This document shows, piece after piece, positions 17,706 to 26,999 of a stretch of DNA of 34,238 nucleotides. Where the stretch lies: assembly GCA_946628455.1 (NCBI GenBank), contig CAMOWP010000001.1, forward strand, positions 1-34,238, in the 5' to 3' direction. Below the pieces are notes generated by a model. It saw only the letters and a list, made by a program, of their open reading frames with translations, did not search any database and was not told the DNA's origin. Position 1 is the first letter of the stretch. Each line of letters opens with the position of its first letter. Origin of the DNA: an uncultured Clostridia bacterium. GTDB lineage: Bacteria; Bacillota; Clostridia; Oscillospirales; Acutalibacteraceae. A program made the position numbers and the translations under genes.

Positions 17706-20054
17706 ATGGAATTAAACAAACTGGAAATAGGGCAGTCGGCTGTTATAGAGGCTGTCGGCGGAGAGGGCGCCTTAAGGCAGCACTTTCTCGATATGGGCGT
17801 TATCCCCGGGGCGGAAATAACGCTTGTTAAATACGCCCCGATGGGCGACCCCGCTGAGTACAGGATTCACGGCTATGAGCTGACTCTGCGTATGGCGGAC
17901 GCCGAAAAAATTAAGATTAAAAAAACAGCTTCTCATAAAACAGAAAACGCTGAAAGCAGGCTGTATTCCGCAAAGGAGCACCCGGGTCTCGGCGAGGGCG
18001 GAAAGTATCACGACAGGGCGAGCGAGCACCCGCTCCCCGACGGCAAAACGCTTACCTTTGCGCTCGCGGGAAACCAGAACAGCGGCAAGACCACTCTTTT
18101 TAACCGCCTCACGGGCTCAAATCAGCATGTCGGAAATTTCCCCGGCGTTACCGTTGACAGAAAAAGCGGCGCAATAAAGGGCGAGCCTGACACTGAGATA
18201 GTTGACCTTCCGGGAATCTATTCGCTTTCACCGTACACAAGCGAGGAGATTGTTTCAAGGGGCTATATCCTCTCCGAAAAGCCGACGGGAATTATCAACA
18301 TCGTTGACGCAACGAGCATTGAAAGAAGCCTTTATCTTACAATGCAGCTTATGGAGCTTGAAACGCCAACCGTCCTTGCGCTGAATATGATGGACGAGGT
18401 CAGGGGAAACGGCGGCTCAATCCGCATTAACGAGATGGAGGAAATCCTCGGAATCCCCGTTGTTGCAATATCTGCGGCGAAAAACGAGGGTATTGAGGAG
18501 CTCGTCAGCCACGCCGTTCATATTGCAAAATATCAGGAAAAGCCGCTGAGAAACGATTTTTGCGACGTTAACGAGCACGGCGGCGCCGTCCACAGATGCC
18601 TTCACGGAATTATGCATCTTATTGAGGACCACGCAAAGGCGGCTGAAATTCCGCTTCGCTTCGCCGCAACAAAGCTTGTTGAGGGCGATGAAAGAGTCAG
18701 GCAGGCGCTTAAGCTTGATGAAAACGAGGCTGAGTTCGTTGAGCATATCATAAAGCAGATGGAGGAGGAGAGAGGGCTTGACCGCTCCGCCGCTATCGCA
18801 GATATGCGATTTTCGTTTATTAAAAAGCTGACCGCGCAGTGCGTTGTTAAACCAAAGGACAGCAAGGAGCGCGCACGAAGCGAAAAAATTGACAGAATTC
18901 TTACGGGAAAATTTACTGCAATTCCGTCCTTCGCGGTTATTATTGCGCTGATTTTCTGGCTGACCTTCGGCGTTATCGGAAAGCTGCTTCAGGAGTTGCT
19001 TGAAAAGGGAATAGACTCGCTTACTGTTATTGTTGATAATATTCTCACGGCGTGGAACACAAACGAGGTTGTTCACTCGCTTATTATAGATGGTATATTC
19101 AACGGAGTCGGCAGCGTGCTCAGCTTCCTTCCGATAATCGTAACGCTGTTTTTCTTCCTCTCACTGCTTGAGGATACGGGCTATATGGCGCGCGTTGCGT
19201 TTGTTATGGACAAGCTGCTGAGAAGGCTCGGGCTTTCGGGCAGGAGCATCGTTCCTATGCTTATCGGCTTCGGCTGCTCCGTCCCGGGTGTTATGAGCTG
19301 CAGAACTCTGCCCTCCGAAAGGGACAGAAAGATGACTATTATGCTCATTCCGTTTATGAGCTGCACCGCGAAGCTGCCGATTTACGGGCTGTTTTCAGCC
19401 GCATTTTTCCCCGATTACGCCGCGCTTGTTATGATTGCGCTGTATTTTATCGGAATTTTCGTCGGAATCCTGACGGCGCTCGTTTCAAAAAACACCTCGT
19501 TCAGGGGCGAGGCTGTTCCGTTTGTTATGGAGCTGCCGAATTACAGAATGCCGAGCGCAAAAAACATCCTGCAGCTTCTGTGGGAAAAATCAAAGGATTT
19601 CATAACAAGAGCGTTCACAGTTATTTTCATTGCAACAATCGTTATCTGGTTTCTAAGAACGTTTAATTTCCACCTTGAAATGGTTGAGGATTCAAAGGAG
19701 AGCATCCTCGCCGTTATAGCGGGGCGGATAACCCCGATTTTCGCGCCGCTCGGCTTTGCGGACTGGAGGATGACAACCTCGCTGATAACAGGCTTCCTCG
19801 CAAAGGAAAGCGTTGTTTCAACGCTGTCAATCCTCTTCGGAAACACAGCGGGCATAACAGGCGCGCTGACTGTCAGCTCAGCCGCGTCCTTCCTCGTTTT
19901 CTGCCTGCTTTACACTCCCTGCGTTGCAACTGTTGCCTCTGTTAAAAGGGAGCTCGGGCGCAAGTGGGCTGCAGGAGTTGTTTTGCTTCAGTGCGGTATA
20001 GCGTGGCTATGCTCGGGAGCTACATACCTGATTTTCTCACTTATAATGAAATAA
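17706..20054 (+). CDS. feoB: Ferrous iron transporter B with fused N-terminal FeoA domain
   Basis: FeoA motif LDMGVIPG...APMGDP; GTPase GNQNSGKT, GNFPGVTV, DLPG, NMMD; membrane gate motifs GFGCSVP, PFMSC, YTPC. Start ATG 17706 or 17688. Confidence 0.95.
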   Translation: MELNKLEIGQSAVIEAVGGEGALRQHFLDMGVIPGAEITLVKYAPMGDPAEYRIHGYELTLRMADAEKIKIKKTASHKTENAESRLYSAKEHPGLGEGGKYHDRASEHPLPDGKTLTFALAGNQNSGKTTLFNRLTGSNQHVGNFPGVTVDRKSGAIKGEPDTEIVDLPGIYSLSPYTSEEIVSRGYILSEKPTGIINIVDATSIERSLYLTMQLMELETPTVLALNMMDEVRGNGGSIRINEMEEILGIPVVAISAAKNEGIEELVSHAVHIAKYQEKPLRNDFCDVNEHGGAVHRCLHGIMHLIEDHAKAAEIPLRFAATKLVEGDERVRQALKLDENEAEFVEHIIKQMEEERGLDRSAAIADMRFSFIKKLTAQCVVKPKDSKERARSEKIDRILTGKFTAIPSFAVIIALIFWLTFGVIGKLLQELLEKGIDSLTVIVDNILTAWNTNEVVHSLIIDGIFNGVGSVLSFLPIIVTLFFFLSLLEDTGYMARVAFVMDKLLRRLGLSGRSIVPMLIGFGCSVPGVMSCRTLPSERDRKMTIMLIPFMSCTAKLPIYGLFSAAFFPDYAALVMIALYFIGIFVGILTALVSKNTSFRGEAVPFVMELPNYRMPSAKNILQLLWEKSKDFITRAFTVIFIATIVIWFLRTFNFHLEMVEDSKESILAVIAGRITPIFAPLGFADWRMTTSLITGFLAKESVVSTLSILFGNTAGITGALTVSSAASFLVFCLLYTPCVATVASVKRELGRKWAAGVVLLQCGIAWLCSGATYLIFSLIMK

Positions 20055-20056
20055 TT

Positions 20057-20092
20057 AAAAGAGCAATCTCGCTGAGATTGCTCTTCGTTTTT
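20057..20092. terminator. Bidirectional terminator
   Basis: AAGAGCAATCTC-GCT-GAGATTGCTCTT between convergent genes. Confidence 0.8.
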
Positions 20093-20096
20093 GCTT

Positions 20097-20720
20097 TTAT
20101 TTTCCGTCGGGGAAGCTTGTAAACGAGCCTCTTTCGTATTCGGGAAGCCCGTATTTTTCCTTTCCGTCGGCAATCGCCTTCATCAGGAAGGCCATATTCC
20201 TTGCGAGGTTTCGCATCGTCTGAAGCCCCTCAAGGTCTTTTTTTACATCCTCGGCGGTGAAGCCGTGCACCTGGTTCCAGTAGGTTGACGAGGCAACGGG
20301 CATTGCAGAAATAGTAAAATACTTATTCAAAACGTCAAACGAGGCCGTGTTGCCGCCCCTTCTGCAGGATACCACTGCCGCGCCGACCTTCATATGCTTT
20401 GAAAACGGGGTGCTGTAAAAAAGCCTGTCAAGAAAGGCAAGGAGCGTTCCGTTTGGTGAGCCGTAGTAAACGGGCGAGCCGATAACAAGCCCGTCTGCCT
20501 CCTCAAATTTCGGAGCAATTTCGTTTACCAAATCGTCGAAAACGCACTTTTTGTTTTTTGCGCAGGTGTTGCAGGAAATGCAGCCTCTTATGTCCTTGTT
20601 TCCGACGTTGATAATTTCCGTTTCAATTCCTTCACTTTTAAAAACACTTGCCATTTCGCTGAGTGCGGTTGCCGTGCAGCCGTTTGCCTTCGGGCTTCCG
20701 TTAATAATTAAAACCTTCAT
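20097..20720 (-). CDS. Flavodoxin-fold iron-sulfur flavoprotein / NADPH-dependent FMN reductase family
   Basis: INGSPK.NGCT, CISCNTC-x5-C, GSPVYY, RRGG. Start at ATG 20720 below AAGGAG. Confidence 0.88.
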   Translation of the reverse strand: MKVLIINGSPKANGCTATALSEMASVFKSEGIETEIINVGNKDIRGCISCNTCAKNKKCVFDDLVNEIAPKFEEADGLVIGSPVYYGSPNGTLLAFLDRLFYSTPFSKHMKVGAAVVSCRRGGNTASFDVLNKYFTISAMPVASSTYWNQVHGFTAEDVKKDLEGLQTMRNLARNMAFLMKAIADGKEKYGLPEYERGSFTSFPDGK

Positions 20721-20730
20721 AATTTCTCCT

Positions 20731-21291
20731 TTAATCCTGAATTTCCGTTGCGAGTGAATTGTCGCCCTTTTCGGCAAACCAGTCCGCAAAAACGGTGAAA
20801 ACCGCCCTTGACCATTCGGCGCGCGGGTCGTTATTCTCTGTAAATTTCAGGCTCTCACCCGATTCATAGTTAACCTCAAGTGAGCATTCCTGAAATTCGG
20901 GAGGAAGCCCCGCGGTTACTCTGTAAATTCCGTTTTTGTCCGCCAGGCTGTGCTCGTCAATAACCGTCTGCAGGGCGGCGAGCAGCTTTTCGTCAGCAGG
21001 GAAGCTGATTTTGCTTTCCGCTTCCGTTGCAGTAAGCTTGCCGCCGATTTCCTTAATTTCAAAGGTATATGCGCGGTGAGCGCCTTCGCTGAGCCAGGAA
21101 TCCTGCGGGTAAAAGGTAACGCTGAAATCCTTAATGTCCTTTGATTGGATAACCTTCGGCGCGTTATAATCCGTCTTATCAATTACTCCGCCCGAAACGG
21201 GAGGATTTTCGTTGTTCTTTTTGCAGCCCCATAAGCTGAATATTGAAAGCATACAAAGCACCACCAGAATAATAGCTTTAATTCTTTTCAT
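20731..21291 (-). CDS. Hypothetical lipoprotein
   Basis: Basic N-terminus, hydrophobic stretch, LWGC lipobox; GGTGA RBS. Confidence 0.7.
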   Translation of the reverse strand: MKRIKAIILVVLCMLSIFSLWGCKKNNENPPVSGGVIDKTDYNAPKVIQSKDIKDFSVTFYPQDSWLSEGAHRAYTFEIKEIGGKLTATEAESKISFPADEKLLAALQTVIDEHSLADKNGIYRVTAGLPPEFQECSLEVNYESGESLKFTENNDPRAEWSRAVFTVFADWFAEKGDNSLATEIQD

Positions 21292-21356
21292 ATTATCACC
21301 GCCCTGATTATATCATACCCGTAAAAAAATGTACAGAAATAAAAATTTTGAAAAAT

Positions 21357-21374
21357 TTGTTATTTTTTTAACAA
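21357..21374. promoter_or_regulatory. Putative Rex operator upstream of fucO
   Basis: TTGTTAT-TTTT-TTAACAA, 13/14 match to clostridial Rex consensus TTGTTAA-N4-TTAACAA; overlaps the -35 region of a TG-TATAAT promoter. Confidence 0.65.
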
Positions 21375-21428
21375 TTATTTAATGTTTTGTGTTATAATAG
21401 ACTTATCAAACAAAATTGGAGGTTTATT

Positions 21429-22577
21429 ATGGCTAACAGAATTATCTTAAACACAGTATCATTCCACGGAAAAGGAGCAATCAACGAGATTGTTCCAATC
21501 GCTCAGGCAAAGGGCTATAAGCACGTTTTTGTCTGCTCCGACCCTGACCTTATCAGGTTCGGCGTTACAGCTAAGGTAACGGACCTTCTTGACGGGGCAA
21601 AAATCCCTTATACGGTTTATTCGGGAATCAAGCCGAATCCGACCATTGAAAACGTTAAGGACGGCGTTGATGCGTTCAAGGCTTGCGGCGCGGATTCAAT
21701 CATCACAATCGGCGGCGGCTCCTCAATGGATACTGCAAAGGCAATCGGCATTATTATCACAAACCCCGAATTTGCCGACGTTCGTTCGCTTGAGGGCGTT
21801 GCTCCTACAAAGAACCACGCAGTTCCCACAATCGCAGTTCCTACCACGGCGGGAACAGCAGCTGAGGTAACAATCAACTACGTTATCACAGATGTTGAAA
21901 AGGAAAGAAAGTTCGTTTGCGTTGATGAAAACGATATTCCTGAGTATGCAATAGTTGACCCTGATATGATGTCCTCAATGCCGAAGGGCTTAACAGCCGC
22001 AACGGGTATGGACGCGCTCACTCACGCAATTGAGGGCTACACAACAAAGGCTGCATGGGAAATGACTGATATGTTCCATCTTGAAGCAATCAAGCTTATC
22101 TCAAAGCACCTTCGCGGAGCTGTTGAAAACAAGCCTGAGGACAGAGAGGGAATGGCTCTTGCTCAGTACGTTGCAGGTATGGGCTTTTCAAACGTAGGTC
22201 TCGGAATTGCTCACTCAATCGCCCACACCCTCGGCGCTCATTATGACACGCCTCACGGTGTTGCCTGCGCTATGATGCTTCCTATCGTTATGGAATATAA
22301 TCAGGAATACACAGGCGAAAAGTACAGAGAAATCGCACGCGCTATGGGCGTTGAAGGCGTTGATTCAATGTCTCAGGAGGAATACAGAAAAGCCGCTGTT
22401 GAGGCTGTTAAAAAGCTTTCAGCCGATGTAGGAATCCCTGCAACAAACGACAAGGTTAAGGAAGAGGACCTCGACGTTCTTGCAGCAGACGCGTTTGCAG
22501 ACGCTTGCTGCCCGGGCAACCCGAGAGATACAAACGTTGAAGACCTTAAGGCTCTTTACAGAAAGATTATGGCATAA
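21429..22577 (+). CDS. fucO: Lactaldehyde reductase (Fe-containing alcohol dehydrogenase)
   Basis: MANRIILN start, GGGSSMDTAK, PTTAGTAAE, DALTHAIE, H..AH...PHG metal ligands; GGAGG RBS. Confidence 0.92.
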   Translation: MANRIILNTVSFHGKGAINEIVPIAQAKGYKHVFVCSDPDLIRFGVTAKVTDLLDGAKIPYTVYSGIKPNPTIENVKDGVDAFKACGADSIITIGGGSSMDTAKAIGIIITNPEFADVRSLEGVAPTKNHAVPTIAVPTTAGTAAEVTINYVITDVEKERKFVCVDENDIPEYAIVDPDMMSSMPKGLTAATGMDALTHAIEGYTTKAAWEMTDMFHLEAIKLISKHLRGAVENKPEDREGMALAQYVAGMGFSNVGLGIAHSIAHTLGAHYDTPHGVACAMMLPIVMEYNQEYTGEKYREIARAMGVEGVDSMSQEEYRKAAVEAVKKLSADVGIPATNDKVKEEDLDVLAADAFADACCPGNPRDTNVEDLKALYRKIMA

Positions 22578-22597
22578 AGAGATAGTATAGTATAATT

Positions 22598-22629
22598 AAA
22601 AGCGTTACGGTTATTCCGTAACGCTTTTT
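22598..22629. terminator. Bidirectional terminator
   Basis: AAAAGCGTTACGG-TTATT-CCGTAACGCTTTT. Confidence 0.85.
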
Positions 22630-22632
22630 GCT

Positions 22633-22911
22633 TTATTTTTCTCTTTTGCCCTTCGGGTGAAGCGGGGTTGAAAGGTAATCGCAGCCGCCGTTTATGAAAA
22701 TGATGAATATAAGAAGATGAACGGCGCCGATTATGAATAAGCTCCACCATAATTTGTGAACAATAAAGCCGTCAAGCGTAACGCACATCATCCATAAGCC
22801 AAGCTTGAGCCCCCAAAAGCCTCTGTAATATTCGGGGAAGATTAATTTCTTCACCACGCTGTACGCCTGCGAGCCGAACACAAGCCCGAAAACAATCGCT
22901 AAAAATAACAT
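22633..22911 (-). CDS. Small hypothetical membrane protein (about 3 TM segments)
   Basis: Three hydrophobic stretches, basic C-tail; GAGGTG RBS 6 nt above ATG 22911; own -10 (TACAAT). Confidence 0.6.
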   Translation of the reverse strand: MLFLAIVFGLVFGSQAYSVVKKLIFPEYYRGFWGLKLGLWMMCVTLDGFIVHKLWWSLFIIGAVHLLIFIIFINGGCDYLSTPLHPKGKREK

Positions 22912-22931
22912 ATCCATCACCTCTTGTACTC

Positions 22932-22962
22932 ATTGTACAAAAGATGATGGACACATATTGGG
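22932..22962 (-). promoter_or_regulatory. Non-canonical promoter motif CCC-N6-TGTCCA-N10-TACAAT (copy 2)
   Basis: Same motif and spacing as upstream of the WYL gene; no recognisable -35. Confidence 0.6.
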
Positions 22963-22975
22963 CTTTTATTAAATG

Positions 22976-23617
22976 TTAATTATTATCATCGGAGTGTTTT
23001 TCATTAAACTCCATAATCAAAGCTGAAATCTTTTCAAAACGCTTAGTTTTCTCGTAGGTGTCAAGCTCGTCAATTTCATCATAAACATCCATAATATCAA
23101 GCCTGCTGTATTCAAGCATAATCGGCAACAGCTCATAAAATACAACGATGGCATTTTGATTATCCCCGTTCAGCGTTTCCCAGCTGTCCTCCTGTGCGGA
23201 AGCGATTTTGTCGCACACATTCAGAAATACCTCAACACTCTCCTGAAAAGATATCCACCTATAAACAGCAGTGTCAACCTCAAAAGCCAGGTCTCTGTCG
23301 TTGTGCTTTTGGGCTTTGAATTCAAGCCAGTCAAAATCAATTTTATTTAGGCGTTCTCTGTTAACCTGCTCAATAAATTCCTTTTCGATTACGTCAACCG
23401 TAATGACCGACTTTACGTCCTCGGGGATATCCCGCACGCCCTCAAGCTGCTTTAAGGTGCGGTAGCAGTAAAAAAGTATGAGCTGTATAAGCTTATCAAC
23501 CGATGTCATTTGCGCGGCACTCGTGAAATAATCAAAAAGTGTGCTTGGGTCATTATCGTACGTCAGTTTCTTTGACGTTTTCTTACCCGCATTTTTCAAA
23601 TCATTTAAAAATCCCAT
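22976..23617 (-). CDS. Hypothetical acidic, probably all-helical protein
   Basis: 213-codon ORF from ATG 23617 (MGFLNDLK...); no family recognised. Confidence 0.7.
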   Translation of the reverse strand: MGFLNDLKNAGKKTSKKLTYDNDPSTLFDYFTSAAQMTSVDKLIQLILFYCYRTLKQLEGVRDIPEDVKSVITVDVIEKEFIEQVNRERLNKIDFDWLEFKAQKHNDRDLAFEVDTAVYRWISFQESVEVFLNVCDKIASAQEDSWETLNGDNQNAIVVFYELLPIMLEYSRLDIMDVYDEIDELDTYEKTKRFEKISALIMEFNEKHSDDNN

Positions 23618-23715
23618 ATTAATTCCAATAGCCTTTCTGCCCACAAATAAATAATATTAATAAACCTCACATTATACTAACCTTGTAGGGCAGACAAGGC
23701 GTATAATGGGAATTC

Positions 23716-23791
23716 TGCCATCGCTCGTTGTCGCTTAGCGACAAACTGAGCGGGCAATATAATCGGTTATAGTGTGATTTTTCACACTATA
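23716..23791. repeat. Two adjacent inverted repeats (structured intergenic element)
   Basis: Nested stem TGCC..CGCTC..TTGTCGCT/AGCGACAA..GAGCG.GGCA (23716-23756) and TATAGTGTGA-TTTT-TCACACTATA (23768-23791). Confidence 0.75.
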
Positions 23792-23846
23792 CTCCTTATT
23801 ACATATTTAAAATGTTTAATCGATCACAAGCTTTACAACGTCATCT

Positions 23847-26800
23847 TTAAATGAAGCCTTTTTCGTCTTCTGCCGTAGCTTCAGCTTCTTTCGGATTTGG
23901 AGCAGGCTCGTTAAATTTGTTAATTGATTTTTTGATGCATTTTACAACAGCTCTTGTACATTGCTCGTTCATAATTGATTCGTATTTGAACTCCGTGCCG
24001 TCGGTAACCTTAAATACAATGTAACGGTTAGTTGTTGTTGAATTTTTATTTCGAGTAACCTTTTCCTTATATTCAACAGAGGTGATAGCACTGTATTTTA
24101 AGAAAAATGGCTTGCCGAAAGCTTCTCTGTAATAAAGGCTGTCTCTTGTGAAGAGTATGCCCTCCTTGCCTGATGAAAGGAGCGTGGTGTCGATAATTCC
24201 GAGAACCTCATAAGGAACGTTCGGGAATGCAAGCCCGAATGCCTTTTGCGCATTATAAAGCTTTTTATAAGGAATTTCAGGATATATATACGTTTTGTAT
24301 GAATTTAATTGAAGCTTTCTGAGATGTTGGACTATATACATCTCGGTATCATTAAGCTCATCAAGTTGAGAAAGCTCGCTGCCGCCCGGAGTCTCAGCAG
24401 TGTTGTCTGCGTTTTTGTCGGCGGTTGCTTCTTCAACTTCTTTCGGAGCCTCAGGCAGCGCGGGAGCAGGCGCTGTAAGCCCTATTCGTTTTTCAAATTC
24501 CTCAACTGTTTCGTCAGGCTGTGCTCCGCCGGTGTTTCCGCGGTAAACGGCTGAAAGCTTTCTGCTGTCAAACGCAGAGGCTACTCCAAACCCTGCAATG
24601 CCTGCCATCCAGGGAAGAGTGAACAGACCGATTTTTGCAACGGTGCGCCCCGTTTTACCTATTGCAAGCTTGTGATTAAATTCAAAGCCTACGTCTTTGA
24701 GACTATCCTCATAGAGTTTAAGATTCTGACAGAGCTCCTCAAATTTACGGTAATCTATATTGCCCGTTTCATAAAGCTTGCCTTTGATTTTTATTACTCC
24801 GTCCAGGTATTTAACGTCATGGTAGGAAACTGCGGTTTCGTTTGACATATTGAATATTCCGCAAACAGTAAACAGAAGGTCCTTTTTGCCGTCAACGTCA
24901 AAAATGGCAAAGGTATCGTTATCAAGAAGCCTGATTTTTTTGTTTTCGCCGCGGTAACGGTCAAATTCAGGAGTTCCGCTGAGGATGAAGCTTGCGCTGT
25001 TATCGCCGTCAATAAGGATTTCCTCCTCCATCTCCTCAACGTATTTCCTCATTATTTCAAACGCCTTGTGCTTTGCGTGTTCACCCTGAGCAATTTCGCC
25101 CAAAACAGCGGTCGGAATAGTGTAAACGCTTTCCTCTTCAGGTGAAATATCCTCTTTGTGCAAAAGCTCGGGTAAGCCGTTGTTTATTCTGAACTGCTCA
25201 ATACTGTTGAAAAGCCCGTTGAGCTCATACATATTGTTAAGCGAGTCAAGATGAGCGTAAAACGCTTCGCCTGTAATCTGATATACGCAGTCAGCGAGCC
25301 CGGGGATTTTTTCATCGGAGCCTGCGTATGATAATCCTTCAAACGGAAGCGAATTGAGGCGCTTGTAATCATCAACAGTAAATTCATCCGAGTAAATCTT
25401 ACGTTCAATTTCAATCAGCTCATCCTTGAAATCAGCGTTGAAATCAAGATAAACGCTCTTTAATATTTCGTTTCTTTTATCTTTTACAAAGCCAAGCTCA
25501 AAAACAGCGCTTAAGTAACCGTTAAGAGCGTCAAGCGCTTCGTAGCTTATGCTCTTTTTTGAAAGCTCTTCAACATATTTTCTCCATTTTGACCTGTTGT
25601 TGAAAAGCTCGTAATTTGCGTTTATTCGCTCTTCTCTCTTGTCTGAATGGAAATCGTCGTAATATGTATCGTCAAGCCTGCCGCCGAGCGCGTCAAAAAC
25701 TCTGTTGTATTTCGCAGTGTATTTTGCGCGAAGGGAATCGAAAATTTCAAAAAAGGCGTTCTCAATCCGCTCCTTCTGATTGTCTATGAATTCCTCCTCA
25801 AGCTCGCTCATTTTCTTGCTTTCGTTCTCGGGAAGGGGCATTAAGTATTCCTTCTTAATTCCGCTGCTGTTGAGAAGAGCATTGTAGCTGATTCTGATTT
25901 CCTTATTATTCGTTTTGATATAATCCGCAACGTAAAGCGTGCTGAGCAGCTGGGCGTTCATCTCTCTGTTGTAATTTTCGTTAACAAGGATTCTCAGCAG
26001 CCTTGAAGCCTCGGGATAGTTTTCAATTTTGAGATACTGAACGGCGCAGAGCTGAAGAATATCGTTTGCGTTGCCTGACATTTTAACAGCGTCCTGAAGC
26101 AGGGAATTAATTTTCTTCGCGTCCTTTTCAGGGTCAAGCAAATCAACGTATTCAAGCGCGCAGGAGGAGGTAATCTGGTCCTCTCTCAGAAGATTGTAAT
26201 TGTTGTTGCCGTAATAGTATTCAAAATGCGAAAGCGCCTTTTTTCTGTATTCGCTCCTGAGCTCCTCTGAAAGCGAGGCGTCGTTGCTGATAACGGCGGC
26301 GGTGTTGCCGAAGAAATACCAGAACGAGGGATAAGCCTTGAAATTATCCTTAATTGTATTGAGCCTGTCGTACCTCCTGAGATAGTTATTATCCATCAGA
26401 ATGCTGTTGTACTGCGTAATCTGCTTTTCCGTCAGGCGGTATTCGTCAGGGAACTGATACTGTGCTGAAATCTGCCACGCAGTGTTGAAAAGCTCGCGGC
26501 GCAGGCCGTTGAACTGCTCCATTGCCGAGCGCTGAAGCTCCCATTCCTGCTTTTCCTTTTCAAGAATAGCGTCAGCCTTCGCCTTTCTGTAATTCATATA
26601 AGCGGAGCCAACCGCCGTTGCAATGCTTACGGCAGTTGTAACGGGGCTTCCGCCCATAGCGAAAACGGGGATGTTTGAAACGCCTGACCAGATTGCGTTT
26701 TTCATCTTGTGCTGATATTCCTTTTCAACCATCTTTTTATCTCCCTCCTGAATGCGGAAGAAGGTGATGGTGTCAAGCAGCTGCTTTAAGATGTCAAGAA

Positions 26801-26987
26801 ACGCCTCGTCCTTGGGCATCTGCTCAAGGTTGAGGTTGTTGAGTATCGCGTCGTATTCCTGCTCAAGCACGTATAAATCGTTGTAATCAATTATCTGTGA
26901 AACGGATACCATACACATATTAAGCGCGTATGCGGCTTTAAGCTTATCGTAATCCGAAAAAGCAGCCAATTCCTCTTTCTTGCTCAT
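23847..26987 (-). CDS. Large hypothetical protein (helical N-domain with hydrophobic hairpin, TPR-like middle, C-terminal PH-like domain)
   Basis: 1046-aa ORF with AAGGAG RBS, 12 nt downstream of the EEP gene; domain calls are by eye. Confidence 0.8.
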   Translation of the reverse strand: MSKKEELAAFSDYDKLKAAYALNMCMVSVSQIIDYNDLYVLEQEYDAILNNLNLEQMPKDEAFLDILKQLLDTITFFRIQEGDKKMVEKEYQHKMKNAIWSGVSNIPVFAMGGSPVTTAVSIATAVGSAYMNYRKAKADAILEKEKQEWELQRSAMEQFNGLRRELFNTAWQISAQYQFPDEYRLTEKQITQYNSILMDNNYLRRYDRLNTIKDNFKAYPSFWYFFGNTAAVISNDASLSEELRSEYRKKALSHFEYYYGNNNYNLLREDQITSSCALEYVDLLDPEKDAKKINSLLQDAVKMSGNANDILQLCAVQYLKIENYPEASRLLRILVNENYNREMNAQLLSTLYVADYIKTNNKEIRISYNALLNSSGIKKEYLMPLPENESKKMSELEEEFIDNQKERIENAFFEIFDSLRAKYTAKYNRVFDALGGRLDDTYYDDFHSDKREERINANYELFNNRSKWRKYVEELSKKSISYEALDALNGYLSAVFELGFVKDKRNEILKSVYLDFNADFKDELIEIERKIYSDEFTVDDYKRLNSLPFEGLSYAGSDEKIPGLADCVYQITGEAFYAHLDSLNNMYELNGLFNSIEQFRINNGLPELLHKEDISPEEESVYTIPTAVLGEIAQGEHAKHKAFEIMRKYVEEMEEEILIDGDNSASFILSGTPEFDRYRGENKKIRLLDNDTFAIFDVDGKKDLLFTVCGIFNMSNETAVSYHDVKYLDGVIKIKGKLYETGNIDYRKFEELCQNLKLYEDSLKDVGFEFNHKLAIGKTGRTVAKIGLFTLPWMAGIAGFGVASAFDSRKLSAVYRGNTGGAQPDETVEEFEKRIGLTAPAPALPEAPKEVEEATADKNADNTAETPGGSELSQLDELNDTEMYIVQHLRKLQLNSYKTYIYPEIPYKKLYNAQKAFGLAFPNVPYEVLGIIDTTLLSSGKEGILFTRDSLYYREAFGKPFFLKYSAITSVEYKEKVTRNKNSTTTNRYIVFKVTDGTEFKYESIMNEQCTRAVVKCIKKSINKFNEPAPNPKEAEATAEDEKGFI

Positions 26988-26999
26988 AAATCTCTCTCC

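Noticed and set aside
18417-19076. 219-aa antisense ORF within feoB, and similar antisense ORFs such as 1725-2294 and 28388-28816
   Set aside because: Fully nested opposite well-conserved genes, with no motifs or RBS.
23671-23800. Retron msr-msd or CRISPR mini-array interpretation of the hairpin cluster
   Set aside because: No reverse transcriptase or cas gene in the window, and no direct repeats with spacers.
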